Below are positions 39,372-49,237 of a stretch of 64,000 nt of DNA, piece after piece. The DNA is taken from the NCBI GenBank assembly GCA_963784355.1, contig CAWAQU010000012.1, forward strand, positions 64,001 through 128,000, read 5' to 3'. Source of the DNA: an uncultured bacterium (GTDB lineage Bacteria > Patescibacteriota > JACMRA01). The first letter of the stretch is position 1. Every line of letters begins with the position of its first letter. A program made the position numbers and the translations under genes. The notes beneath the pieces were generated by a model. The model ran no database searches. It had not been told where the DNA came from and worked only from the letters and a program-made list of their open reading frames with translations.

Positions 39372-40538
39372 CTAAAATCTCAACTTGGCAGCTATCTCGG
39401 GAGCACTTTCAAATTCAGGCTCAAAAAATATTCTGATATTTCCACCATGTGAAATGACACTGTTAATTAACCATGGACCAATGTTGCTCACTTGTTTTGC
39501 ATTTTCAACTGGTTTGGTAAAAACTAAATCATTATCTAGCACATAACCTTCTTGAATTAAGTCAGGTTTAATAAATAGTGTTTCAATTCTAGCTGATTGA
39601 CTGGCATTGCAGATATCAGACCAGTCAGTAACAAAATGCGTGTATTTCTCTTTTGCTTGATTAAAATAGTCGTTTTTTTCTTTAGATTTTAGTGATTTTA
39701 TCTCGTGGAGTACTTGGTCTTTTATTGAGTCAAATAATTGTAAGTTCTTTTCGATAAATACCACTTTAGCTTTAAATTTATAGTTGTCCAAATGATTTTT
39801 AACTGAGTCTAAAATATGTGTAAAGTTGGTTGAGTGAAAAACTACCATGTAATCGAAATCAATATTAAGACTATCTATCCTGCTGGCGATACCCTCTAAA
39901 AAATGCTTATCCTCTTCTAAAATCCACTGAGTATCTTCTCCAATGTTCCACCAACCTTGCTCTCTTTTATTGTCCATTCTTACCTCACTTTGCACCTCAT
40001 CTACAATGGCATTTTTATTGTCCATAGTAAACATTTCACTCAATTCATTTTGCTCCAAGGATAAAAATCTACAACCATATCTTTGCAATTCCAAGATCAA
40101 AGTAGTTTTATCAAAATTTTGGTTGGCAATTAACTGATCTAAATCAAAATATTTGTCTATTGTACTTTCTTTAACTACGTCTAAATGTAAATTAGCATAT
40201 TTTACATCAGTTTCAGGCTCCAACTCAGGATTTCCTTTAGACTCTTTATCAATTGTAAATTTACAAAATAGAGCAAAGCCTTTCTTATTGTAATCAAAAT
40301 ACTGTCCAAAAGCTGACAATTTATCAGCAAGATTTGTCCTTAAAAATTTGTATTCATCCAAATCAGGTGAGTTTTTCAAACATTCTAAAATTTGAGCTCT
40401 AAACTCTTCTTGTAAATTACCGCTTCGGTCTGGATTGTCACCGTAGGGAAAATAGGCTGTGAAGCAAAAACTTTTTTCGGATAAATCGTTGTATGAGCTT
40501 AAAAGTTTGTTTAGGATTGTGCTATATTCTGTTTTCAT
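39372..40538 (-). CDS. bacterial archaeo-eukaryotic release factor (baeRF)-family protein
   Basis: C-terminal DICNASQSARIETLFI...VISHGGNI...IAAKLRF pattern of the aeRF1/pelota domain 3. Confidence 0.7.
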   Translation of the reverse strand: MKTEYSTILNKLLSSYNDLSEKSFCFTAYFPYGDNPDRSGNLQEEFRAQILECLKNSPDLDEYKFLRTNLADKLSAFGQYFDYNKKGFALFCKFTIDKESKGNPELEPETDVKYANLHLDVVKESTIDKYFDLDQLIANQNFDKTTLILELQRYGCRFLSLEQNELSEMFTMDNKNAIVDEVQSEVRMDNKREQGWWNIGEDTQWILEEDKHFLEGIASRIDSLNIDFDYMVVFHSTNFTHILDSVKNHLDNYKFKAKVVFIEKNLQLFDSIKDQVLHEIKSLKSKEKNDYFNQAKEKYTHFVTDWSDICNASQSARIETLFIKPDLIQEGYVLDNDLVFTKPVENAKQVSNIGPWLINSVISHGGNIRIFFEPEFESAPEIAAKLRF

Positions 40539-40687
40539 ATGTATTTGTTTATTAAAACACAGATATACAAGACTACATTGAATGTGTCAAGATTTTTTTA
40601 GTTACTGATCCAAAATACCGGCAAAATTATTTATAACAATTTATATAGCAACTTAAACTGCTTTTATAGATTTGTGTGTCAGTTGAT

Positions 40688-41413
40688 TTAGATTTTTCCT
40701 TTATCTTGTGGTCTAACTTTACCTCCACCAACTTGAAAAATTTGATCTACATTTTTAATTGTGTTTAATCTATGGGCTATGATCATTTTAGTCGTAGTTT
40801 TAGGTAAACTGTCTAGAATTTCTTGTAAAATCTGCTCTGTAACGGTATCTAAATTTGCTGTAGCCTCGTCTAAAATCAAAAAACTAGGCTCTCTTAAAAT
40901 GATTCTTAAAAAGTTAATAATTTGCTTTTGACCTAAGCTGATATTTTCACTATTGTTATTTACTTGAGTTTCCAAGCCGTCCGGAAAAACTTTAATTAGA
41001 TTGTATAAATTTTTGGCCTTTAAAATATCTTCAAAATTACCTTTTTCTTCAGCATCAATTTTTTTATCTTCATCAAACATTAGACTGTATTGTTTTAGGG
41101 TAGGGTTACCGTATACAATATTTTCCAAAACTGTCCCACTAAATAAATATGGTTCCTGTAAAATAAACCCGATCTCTTTATAGATATCTTCTTCAGTCCA
41201 CTCTTTTAAATCTTTTTGCTGAAATATAACCTGGCCGCTATCAGGGGAATACAGTCCTGCGATCAAGCTGGCAGTAGTGCTTTTACCTTCTCCAGTTGGG
41301 CCAATAAATGCATAGCTCTTACCTTTTTCCAAACTAAAAGATACATCGTTTAAAACATACTTTTGAGTCTCATTATATCTAAAGCTTACATTTTTAAATT
41401 CTAAAATATTCAT
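40688..41413 (-). CDS. ABC exporter nucleotide-binding domain (stand-alone)
   Basis: GPTGEGKST, SLGQKQ, LILDEAT, IAHR. Confidence 0.9.
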   Translation of the reverse strand: MNILEFKNVSFRYNETQKYVLNDVSFSLEKGKSYAFIGPTGEGKSTTASLIAGLYSPDSGQVIFQQKDLKEWTEEDIYKEIGFILQEPYLFSGTVLENIVYGNPTLKQYSLMFDEDKKIDAEEKGNFEDILKAKNLYNLIKVFPDGLETQVNNNSENISLGQKQIINFLRIILREPSFLILDEATANLDTVTEQILQEILDSLPKTTTKMIIAHRLNTIKNVDQIFQVGGGKVRPQDKGKI

Positions 41414-41414
41414 A

Positions 41415-42410
41415 TTACTTAACTTTTAATAAGGTTTGGATACGGCTCCAAGCTGCTAAAGCCTCCTGCATATTACCCCAGATATTGCCTAGTGTTCTGA
41501 GAGGCTCATAAAATTTTTGAGTATAACTGATAAATCCGATTAAAAGACCAATACTTAAATCACCTTTAGCAAAAAGATATAGCCCAAAGGATAAAACCAA
41601 AACCTGAGCAATGTTACCTGCAAAACTGTATAGTGGATTGAAAAAACCATTTAAAATTTGAGCAAAAGTAGCTTTTTTGAAATTATCTTGATTTAGTCTA
41701 TCAAACGATTGTTCCAGATACTCTCCCTTATTGAAAGCTACTAATGCCTTAAAATTGTTAAGATTTTCGTCCAAAAATGCCGTCATTTCTCCATTTGCTT
41801 TCAAACTGGCTTTGTTTTGAATATTTACTTGGCTTGAAATTAGCTGACTAATTACCACTACAAAAAAAACTGCCACCCAAACTACTGCGGCTAATTGCCA
41901 ATTTAGGAAAAATATAAAAATTCCGATACCTATAAAAGTGAAAAAAGAGGAAACAAACTGAAAAATCGAACCACTTAAAAAGTTATTGAGTTTGTCTGTA
42001 TCACTATTCACACGAGCAATAATATCACCGGCTTTGTTTTGTTGAAAAAAACCGACAGGCAAGTCCTGAAGCTTGGTAAATAAATTTCTTCTAAGCCTGT
42101 AAAGCACTCTTTGTGAAAGTTGTCCTACCAAAATAGTCTGTAAATAACTTACAATAGAAGTAATTATAAACATTACAACCAAGCCAATTAAAATTGCATT
42201 AAGATCTTTTAAATCGTTCCTAGCAATATATTGGTCTAAAGCAATAGACACTAATAAAGGTGTTGCAATATTGGTTCCGGAATTTATCAGTACGGCAAAA
42301 ATTGAAGTGTAAAGCTTGCTCCATTCGTTGGTTAAAAGTTTACTAATTGATTCCCATTTATCATTCCAGGTATCGTTTAACTGAATTTCATTAAGATTGT
42401 ATTTCTGCAT
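41415..42410 (-). CDS. ABC exporter transmembrane domain (stand-alone)
   Basis: Six-TM ABC_membrane pattern: LRRNLFTKLQDLPVGFF, GDIIARVNSD, FYEPL. Confidence 0.88.
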   Translation of the reverse strand: MQKYNLNEIQLNDTWNDKWESISKLLTNEWSKLYTSIFAVLINSGTNIATPLLVSIALDQYIARNDLKDLNAILIGLVVMFIITSIVSYLQTILVGQLSQRVLYRLRRNLFTKLQDLPVGFFQQNKAGDIIARVNSDTDKLNNFLSGSIFQFVSSFFTFIGIGIFIFFLNWQLAAVVWVAVFFVVVISQLISSQVNIQNKASLKANGEMTAFLDENLNNFKALVAFNKGEYLEQSFDRLNQDNFKKATFAQILNGFFNPLYSFAGNIAQVLVLSFGLYLFAKGDLSIGLLIGFISYTQKFYEPLRTLGNIWGNMQEALAAWSRIQTLLKVK

Positions 42411-42521
42411 ATTTTGATTTTTCTGCGGTAATAAGAATGTTTATACAGTAAAACACAAAACAGCTGTTGTCAAAGGTATGGATTTTTGACAATTATATTA
42501 GTATAGGCCATAATGTTACTC

Positions 42522-42956
42522 ATGAACAACGAGTCTAATTTTGATCGACGAGCTGCAGAAAACCGCAGCAAAGAGCTACTTATTACTACAATATCTTCAA
42601 ATTTGGTTAGGATTAGTAATATACTTAAACCAAGGGAAGAAAAATCTGAATATATGCCAAGTTTGGATACATTAGAACTTGAAATTTTGAACGCCCAATC
42701 TCCTGACCTTCGTGAAAGAATTGAAAATATTAAAACTAGCTTGTCAGTTAGCGATGAAAAAAGCTTAAGTCGAATATTAAATCCAAATGATTCTTATTTA
42801 ACGATTTCAAGAATTAAGTTGGAACTACCGGTCATTAATGATGAAATTGAAAAGCTAGCTTTAAGCGTAACTAGACATGGTAAAACGTTAAGTTCTGGGC
42901 TTCGAATAATAAAGCAAGATTTAGCTAATATATCTAGATTGATTAACAGTCTTTAA
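42522..42956 (+). CDS. hypothetical helical protein
   Basis: TTGACA(42486)-17-CATAAT then ATG 42522, so probably leaderless. Confidence 0.6.
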   Translation: MNNESNFDRRAAENRSKELLITTISSNLVRISNILKPREEKSEYMPSLDTLELEILNAQSPDLRERIENIKTSLSVSDEKSLSRILNPNDSYLTISRIKLELPVINDEIEKLALSVTRHGKTLSSGLRIIKQDLANISRLINSL

Positions 42957-42978
42957 AAATTGAAAAAAAGTTTAAAAT

Positions 42979-43512
42979 TTAAACTAATAATCTATCTCCA
43001 TATAAACTCAATAACTTCTGAACTTTAGGGTTGATCACTATTCTACAATACCCTTGGTTTTGGTTGTTATTAAAGTAATTTTGATGATAATCCTCTGCCG
43101 GGTAAAATTTTTCTAGGGCTACAATTTCCGTAACTATAGGATCTGAATATACTTTTTCAGCTTCAGTTTTCAATTTAGATTTTTCAGCTATTTCTTTTTG
43201 CTCTTCTGTCTCATATAAAATAATTGATCTATACTGTGTACCTTCATCCGCTCCTTGTTTATTTAGAGTGGTTGGGTCGTGTAGATGCCAAAAAATTTCC
43301 AGAATTGTACTCAAGTCTATGATTCCTGGATCAAATGTAATTTGTATAACTTCGGCATGTCCTGTATTACCTGTGCAAATCTCTCTATAGGTTGGGCTTG
43401 CTGTATGTCCTCCTGCATAACCGGAAACTACTTTTAGTACTCCATTTAATCTTTGAAAAATAGCTTCTGTACACCAAAAACATCCTCCACCAAATACAAT
43501 ATTTTCTGTCAT
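42979..43512 (-). CDS. msrA: peptide-methionine (S)-S-oxide reductase
   Basis: GGGCFWC, GHAE, HDPT, QYRS, AEDYHQNY. Confidence 0.96.
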   Translation of the reverse strand: MTENIVFGGGCFWCTEAIFQRLNGVLKVVSGYAGGHTASPTYREICTGNTGHAEVIQITFDPGIIDLSTILEIFWHLHDPTTLNKQGADEGTQYRSIILYETEEQKEIAEKSKLKTEAEKVYSDPIVTEIVALEKFYPAEDYHQNYFNNNQNQGYCRIVINPKVQKLLSLYGDRLLV

Positions 43513-43557
43513 ATTCTAAATATGAAAGTATGCTTATGTATTGGCAAGTCTTTTTGC

Positions 43558-45300
43558 TTAATCTTCCAAAACCTGTTGACTGGAGTAGATACTTTGATAT
43601 TCCGAATTATTTTTCAAAAGCTCATCATGAGTACCAATACCAACTAGCTCTCCTTCCATCAAGACAATAATTTGATCAAAATCTTTTACAGCATCAATTT
43701 TTTGAGTAATACTAACCAAGGTTAAATTAGGATACTTATCTTGTAACCTCTGCCAAATTTCTTTTTCAGTCTGATTGTCCACTCTAGCAGTAAAATCATC
43801 TAAAAGTAGTATTTTAGGCTCAATTGCAAGACTTCTAGCAAGCATTAATCTTTGTTTCTGGCCACCTGATAAACTAGCACCTCTTTCGCTTATTTGAGTC
43901 TCCAAACCATTTTCTAAAGATTCTACAAATTCATCAAGTTTTGAAGTAAATACTGCATTATTTAAGTTTTCTTCGGAAACCAAATTAGAAAACACAATAT
44001 TTTCTTTAAGGCTACCTTGAAAAACCAAACTATCCTGAAATACAATACCGATTTGACTTAATAGTTGTTTTTTACTCCACTCAGGTAACTTTACTCCATC
44101 AATCAAAATTTCTCCGCTTGTAGGGTGATTTAGACCAATTAACATTGTAAATAGCTGGGATTTACCGGCACCTGTTGGTCCTAAAATTGCTGTCCTAGAT
44201 CCTGGTTTAATTTCAAAGTTTATATCTTTTAAGATATGTTTTCCATTTATTATTAGATTCAAATCTTTTACAGAAATAGCTCCTTTAATTTCCTTATCAT
44301 AATTACCATCAAAGTCCTCATTTGGGGCTTCTAAAATATCTTCAATTCTTTGATATGAAATCAGACCTCTAGATAGTCCTTGGCTTGTAAAACCAAGAAT
44401 AAAAATTGGCATTATAAGTAAATTGAAATATGTTATAAAACTAGCAAACTGACCAAAGGTCAAACTATTATTTACTATAAGTGAGCCACCAATAAATAAA
44501 ATTAGGACAGTAGCTAGATTGGAAATTAGATTAATACTTGGGATTAGTAAAGAAAATAAAGAAATTATATTTAAACTAATACCTCTAGCCTCTCTATTTA
44601 CTTTTTGGAACTTTTTTTCCTCCCAGCTTTGGCTATTTATTACTCTAACTAAACTAGAGCCGAAAATACTCTCGTTTACTACTTGGTTGACTTTGCTAAT
44701 ATTTTGTTGAGCTTTTCTAAAAAGAGGTGAGATTTGGCGAAAAATAACCACAAACACAATTATAATTACCGGCAAAATTGACAGTGCTATGGTTGCTAAA
44801 TAAGCATTTGTAATCAATAACATTACACAAGATCCAACTAGTAGAAATACTGCAGTTAAGAGGTAAACTATACCTTGGGATATTACAGATTTTACATTGT
44901 TTACATCTGAAGTAAAAATAGTTATTAAATCACTAGCCCCATACTTATTTACAAAGCTAAAACTACTTTTAGATAATTTTTTGATTAGTTTTTCTCTGAG
45001 ATCTTTGGCGATTTTTTCCGATAAATAAGTGGTAATACCTCCTTGAAGTACTGCAAGTGCAAAAATTTCGAAAACTAAAACCCCAAGAATCGTGTAATTC
45101 ATGATTGATAGACTTCCCTGATCTTTTTGGAAAGCATCAATATAATTACCAACTAATCTCGGCAAGAATAGGTTTAATCCATTTGCAGCTAAAATTATTA
45201 GTAATGATAAAATTAAAGTTTTTAAGTACGGCTTGAGTAATCTAACCAAAGGAGAACTTTTCGGTTTTGTTTGGGCCTGTGTTTCGATATTTTTGTCCAT
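43558..45300 (-). CDS. ABC exporter, fused TMD-NBD, degenerate-site subunit
   Basis: GPTGAGKS, LSGGQKQR, Walker B LLLDD, switch ITQK. Confidence 0.92.
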   Translation of the reverse strand: MDKNIETQAQTKPKSSPLVRLLKPYLKTLILSLLIILAANGLNLFLPRLVGNYIDAFQKDQGSLSIMNYTILGVLVFEIFALAVLQGGITTYLSEKIAKDLREKLIKKLSKSSFSFVNKYGASDLITIFTSDVNNVKSVISQGIVYLLTAVFLLVGSCVMLLITNAYLATIALSILPVIIIVFVVIFRQISPLFRKAQQNISKVNQVVNESIFGSSLVRVINSQSWEEKKFQKVNREARGISLNIISLFSLLIPSINLISNLATVLILFIGGSLIVNNSLTFGQFASFITYFNLLIMPIFILGFTSQGLSRGLISYQRIEDILEAPNEDFDGNYDKEIKGAISVKDLNLIINGKHILKDINFEIKPGSRTAILGPTGAGKSQLFTMLIGLNHPTSGEILIDGVKLPEWSKKQLLSQIGIVFQDSLVFQGSLKENIVFSNLVSEENLNNAVFTSKLDEFVESLENGLETQISERGASLSGGQKQRLMLARSLAIEPKILLLDDFTARVDNQTEKEIWQRLQDKYPNLTLVSITQKIDAVKDFDQIIVLMEGELVGIGTHDELLKNNSEYQSIYSSQQVLED

Positions 45301-45447
45301 GTGAATTTAGCTAGAGTTAAGCTTGACTTTTTATTTATTGTCAAAACTGTAGGTAAGTTGAAACCCTACTTAGTCATATTAAATAAATTTTGTTTTAACA
45401 GAGCTAATTAAATCTAATAATATAAATAACTGTGTACCTTACCTAAA

Positions 45448-45885
45448 TTAATTTTGATAGCCGGTTGAATTACCTAAGTATCTGGGTCTGGTAGATTCGC
45501 CAGCTGCTAAGCTAGGTCTAAGTTGAGACTGCGTTGTCACAACCCAAATTTTTAAGTTATCAATACTTTCTAATGCACCTGATAAATTATTAATACTTTT
45601 TTGTGTATTTTGGTCCTTCAAACAATCATTTTCCAGATTTTCTAGATCTTTTTTAATTACACACAATTGATCAAAAGCGCCTGAATTATTTTTACCTACT
45701 TTGAGTTGATTATAAATGTTGTTGCATTTTTGGCCAATTTCCGTAAAACGCTGCTCTGCAGTTTTTGGTTCAATTGGAAGTAGCTGCTCTTGCGACTTAA
45801 TTATGCCATTATTTACGGGAATATTTTGTGTTTCTAAACGTGGTTTGTTGTTGCGTATATTATTACGAGGTATATCAATAGACAT
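45448..45885 (-). CDS. hypothetical protein downstream of attenuator A
   Basis: 145-aa ORF with N-rich N-terminus and helical core. Confidence 0.6.
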   Translation of the reverse strand: MSIDIPRNNIRNNKPRLETQNIPVNNGIIKSQEQLLPIEPKTAEQRFTEIGQKCNNIYNQLKVGKNNSGAFDQLCVIKKDLENLENDCLKDQNTQKSINNLSGALESIDNLKIWVVTTQSQLRPSLAAGESTRPRYLGNSTGYQN

Positions 45886-45981
45886 AAAATTAATAAAATA
45901 AAAAATTTATAAAATTGTAATGAACTAATTAGCTAATAGTTTTTACGAGATTGAAAAATAGTTTTGTTTTAATTTTAGCAT

Positions 45982-46140
45982 AAAAAAATCTCCCGGTTGT
46001 TGGGAGTCTGGTTTGAGTAAATTTAGTTTTATACAACAATCTAGGCCCCCGTATTATCAGGAAGAATGAGACTAAAAATAAATGTTGCAAAAAACATAAT
46101 TAAGCCTAAGAAACCATATTTATTGTGTTTTGTCAAGAGC
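45982..46140 (-). promoter_or_regulatory. leader-peptide attenuator A
   Basis: GCTCTTGACAAAA promoter, leader ORF 46097-46041, anti-terminator GGGGGCCTAG, terminator CTCCC-aacaacc-GGGAG-A-T7. Confidence 0.65.
46041..46097 (-). CDS. putative leader peptide MFFATFIFSLILPDNTGA
   Basis: 18-codon ORF between promoter and terminator. Confidence 0.5.
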   Translation of the reverse strand: MFFATFIFSLILPDNTGA

Positions 46141-46209
46141 TAGAACTACAAAAGTGCATGTGTATATTAATATTAAATATATTGGTGAAAGCGCTTAAAA
46201 TTCACCTTA

Positions 46210-47280
46210 TCAGATTAATTTCAAAAAATCAGTTAGAATTAAGTAAAAATTCTCAAGGCTTTTAATATCAACCCATTCACTATCAGTCCCTATACCTCCA
46301 CCAATTGGACCAAACTCTATTCCTTTTCCGCCAATTTTAGTATAATGTCTTGAATCTGAAGATCCTTGTGCACCATAAAAATTGACCTTTGAATTTAGCC
46401 TCGATTCAGTTGCTTGTTTGAGTTTTTGTAGATACCTATTATCCTCTTCTACAAATAGTGGACTTTCTTCTGCAATAACTTCAATTTTAAAATCTGAAGG
46501 CAGCATATTTTTGATATCATTTAAAACATTTTCATATTTACCTGGTATAGATCTGATATCAAGACAAATATTACAATTATCTGGAATTTTATTATATGTC
46601 TGGTTTGTAGTTTCAATTGATGCTAAGTTTGCAGTAGTATCCCAAATTTGCTCGACAGGTAAAGGATACTTTTCAAGTAATATATCAAGAAATTTATGCA
46701 TTTTCCAGATTGCATTTTCTCCTCTATGAGGATAAGCGCCATGTGCTGTAGTTCCACTACAGGAAATTCTAAGCCATACAACTCCTTTAGCTTGATTAAC
46801 GATGTCAAAATTAGTGGTTTCACCTGCTATAACAAAATCTGCTCTAACTCCTTTATCAATTTGAAATTTCGTACCATGAAAACCACCAATTTCCTCATCT
46901 GTAACAAGCTGAATTGCAAATGGATAACCTACCTTGCTAGCCATTGTTTTAAACACAAAAATCATTGTTGCAACACTAGATTTCATATCCATAGAACCCA
47001 CTCCATATAATCTAGAATCTTTTATTTCTGGAATATACTGATAATCTTTCCCAGGAATGACATCCAAATGTCCATTCAGTATTACTTTGAATTTTTCAGG
47101 CCTGACTTGTGAATTGTAAGCAAGTAAACTCTTGTAACCATTACTTTCAAATTCCTCCAAAGTAAATTCATTCAGTTCACTTATAGCTAAATTGAGAATC
47201 TCATTTAGTGCTTGTTTGTTGTCCGGGTCCGATTTGATATGGATAAATTTTTGGCTAAGTTCAAGTATTTTTTGTATCAT
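46210..47280 (-). CDS. M20 family metallopeptidase/deacylase (ArgE/DapE-like)
   Basis: NGHLDVIP, GVGSMDMK, DEEIGG, GE, AHGAYP, SDSRH, EWV. Confidence 0.9.
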   Translation of the reverse strand: MIQKILELSQKFIHIKSDPDNKQALNEILNLAISELNEFTLEEFESNGYKSLLAYNSQVRPEKFKVILNGHLDVIPGKDYQYIPEIKDSRLYGVGSMDMKSSVATMIFVFKTMASKVGYPFAIQLVTDEEIGGFHGTKFQIDKGVRADFVIAGETTNFDIVNQAKGVVWLRISCSGTTAHGAYPHRGENAIWKMHKFLDILLEKYPLPVEQIWDTTANLASIETTNQTYNKIPDNCNICLDIRSIPGKYENVLNDIKNMLPSDFKIEVIAEESPLFVEEDNRYLQKLKQATESRLNSKVNFYGAQGSSDSRHYTKIGGKGIEFGPIGGGIGTDSEWVDIKSLENFYLILTDFLKLI

Positions 47281-47335
47281 AGGTAAGTTGTAAATTTGGT
47301 ACAATATTACGTGACTTTTAAAAATATTGCAAGCT

Positions 47336-49237
47336 TTACATTTCTACTGGAGCCCATACAGTATCTTTAGAACCGTGCACTCTATTTTGTTCTGCCTCTT
47401 TAGTATTGAGGGGCATTAGAGATCTAAACCCTCCTCCAACTAGTACTACTCCTTTAGGGCCAGTAAACAAAAAATTTCTATCAATTGCAATATATTTATC
47501 ACCTTCATTTCTATCATTTAATAAATTTTGGTTTGGCACTGTAATTGTTATAGGCTTCATTTCAGGCTGAAATACATATGCACCACGTTGTTGCATTTCC
47601 TTTTCAAGTTTTTCTACAAAATCAGGTTTTATAGGATTTACTCCAATTAGATGACCATAGCATCCATAAGCATCTGTTAAAGGTTTTCCTCGTAAGGTCA
47701 AATTACCAGCTTTTGCACTCTCAAGATCAATGCCTCTATTTGATAAAAAACTCTCAAATTGTTTTGTAAACGGAGTAGTAAAATTATTAATGTCATATAG
47801 TTGAACTGGCTCAATTTCTAAAATGTTCAAACTATTATTTAAATTGGAAAGTAGTGTCGTTGTAGTCTTAACTTTTTCATCTTGATTTAAAGCCTTTTTA
47901 GAAATAAGCTCTAAAAGTAAATTAGTAACTTTGTCTATCTGACCAATTGTATTTGTTATAATCTGGTTTTTATGTGTAAAGGTAGTTTCAATATTTGACT
48001 GGGCTTCATTTTTTAGTTTGGTAAGTCTTAATTGTGCATTGCTATGTTCCGTTAGGTCATAATCCGATGTCTTGTATAAATTCTTCATTTTTTTAATTTT
48101 GTTCAGTTGTCTTGAGTATGAGCTTATTTGTAAGTTTTTACTTAGTGCTTCGGTCTTTTGTTTTTGATTGTCTCTAATTAAATTTTGTAATTGCCTTTTT
48201 AATAATTGTAAATGTGTGTACGAAAGGTAATTTTTATTAAATATATCTTCCATTTTCCTAACAACATATGCCATTTTAGTATCTTCCATATATTCCTTTG
48301 TATCATTTATTTTCTTGCTGGAATCTGAATCATTTGGATTGTTGACGTTCATAGTTAGAGAATTAGCCTTAATTTGCTTTCTCATTTCATCATTACCAAG
48401 TAGTGGGTGTTCTACTGCAGCGTTAGGATTTTTTAATTTATTTACTGGATCAGAAGATCTTACGTATAGTAATGTTTGACACTCTCCATTGTTCTCAGTT
48501 AAGTGCTCTTTAAATTGATTTGGACCCCAAACATCATTAAAGCCAGATTTGTCCATTATATATTGACTATTGGGTTCAGAGGAATTTTCTACTCCAAATT
48601 CTGAAGCTAGGATAGCACGGTATTTTTGTTCTGTTACCGCCAGCATTACAATATTTTTGCCGGTTCTATTCCTTATTCCGTCTAGAGTTTGCCTGAATGC
48701 TATGCTAAATTGACTTTGAGCGTCTCCTTTTTGAAAAAGTATTTCTAAAAGTGGAGTCATAGCCATAGAGTTTTCAATTTCAAATATTAAATTCCTTACT
48801 ACTTCCTTTACTGTATCTTTCTTGAATTTTCCAGAAGCGCAAGCTTGTAAAAATTTTTCTGGTAAGGCTTGCATATCAATCTGTACTCCATAGCTAACGG
48901 GAAATCCATTAATAATACAATATTGATAATCAGTTTTCCATTCTCGATTTTTCTCAATAAGAGGTGTAAATGCATTATTATATTCTGTGTATAACTCTTT
49001 TAATACGTCTACTACGATTTGAGGGTAGACCGTTTTATATTCCTGCATGACTGGATACCCTCCTTTAGGCGTCAAACTACTTTCAAAGGGTACCCTCTGA
49101 ATCTGGGCTATGTTGGGTTCAATTACCAAGTTTTGATTATTTTTAAAAGTGTGTTCCAGAGCACGAATTTGACCTTTATTAGGCTCTGTTGTGGTTTCTG
49201 ATATTTGGGTGTTGTACGATGATATTATTTCTGACAT
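47336..49237 (-). CDS. putative circularly permuted ATP-grasp amide ligase with helical insertion
   Basis: Motif order QID...FEIEN...NDTK...RGKP-x4-YGCYG...YVFQPE...RVHG resembles GSP-synthase/CP-ATP-grasp proteins; ATG 49237 follows GGAGG. Confidence 0.5.
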   Translation of the reverse strand: MSEIISSYNTQISETTTEPNKGQIRALEHTFKNNQNLVIEPNIAQIQRVPFESSLTPKGGYPVMQEYKTVYPQIVVDVLKELYTEYNNAFTPLIEKNREWKTDYQYCIINGFPVSYGVQIDMQALPEKFLQACASGKFKKDTVKEVVRNLIFEIENSMAMTPLLEILFQKGDAQSQFSIAFRQTLDGIRNRTGKNIVMLAVTEQKYRAILASEFGVENSSEPNSQYIMDKSGFNDVWGPNQFKEHLTENNGECQTLLYVRSSDPVNKLKNPNAAVEHPLLGNDEMRKQIKANSLTMNVNNPNDSDSSKKINDTKEYMEDTKMAYVVRKMEDIFNKNYLSYTHLQLLKRQLQNLIRDNQKQKTEALSKNLQISSYSRQLNKIKKMKNLYKTSDYDLTEHSNAQLRLTKLKNEAQSNIETTFTHKNQIITNTIGQIDKVTNLLLELISKKALNQDEKVKTTTTLLSNLNNSLNILEIEPVQLYDINNFTTPFTKQFESFLSNRGIDLESAKAGNLTLRGKPLTDAYGCYGHLIGVNPIKPDFVEKLEKEMQQRGAYVFQPEMKPITITVPNQNLLNDRNEGDKYIAIDRNFLFTGPKGVVLVGGGFRSLMPLNTKEAEQNRVHGSKDTVWAPVEM

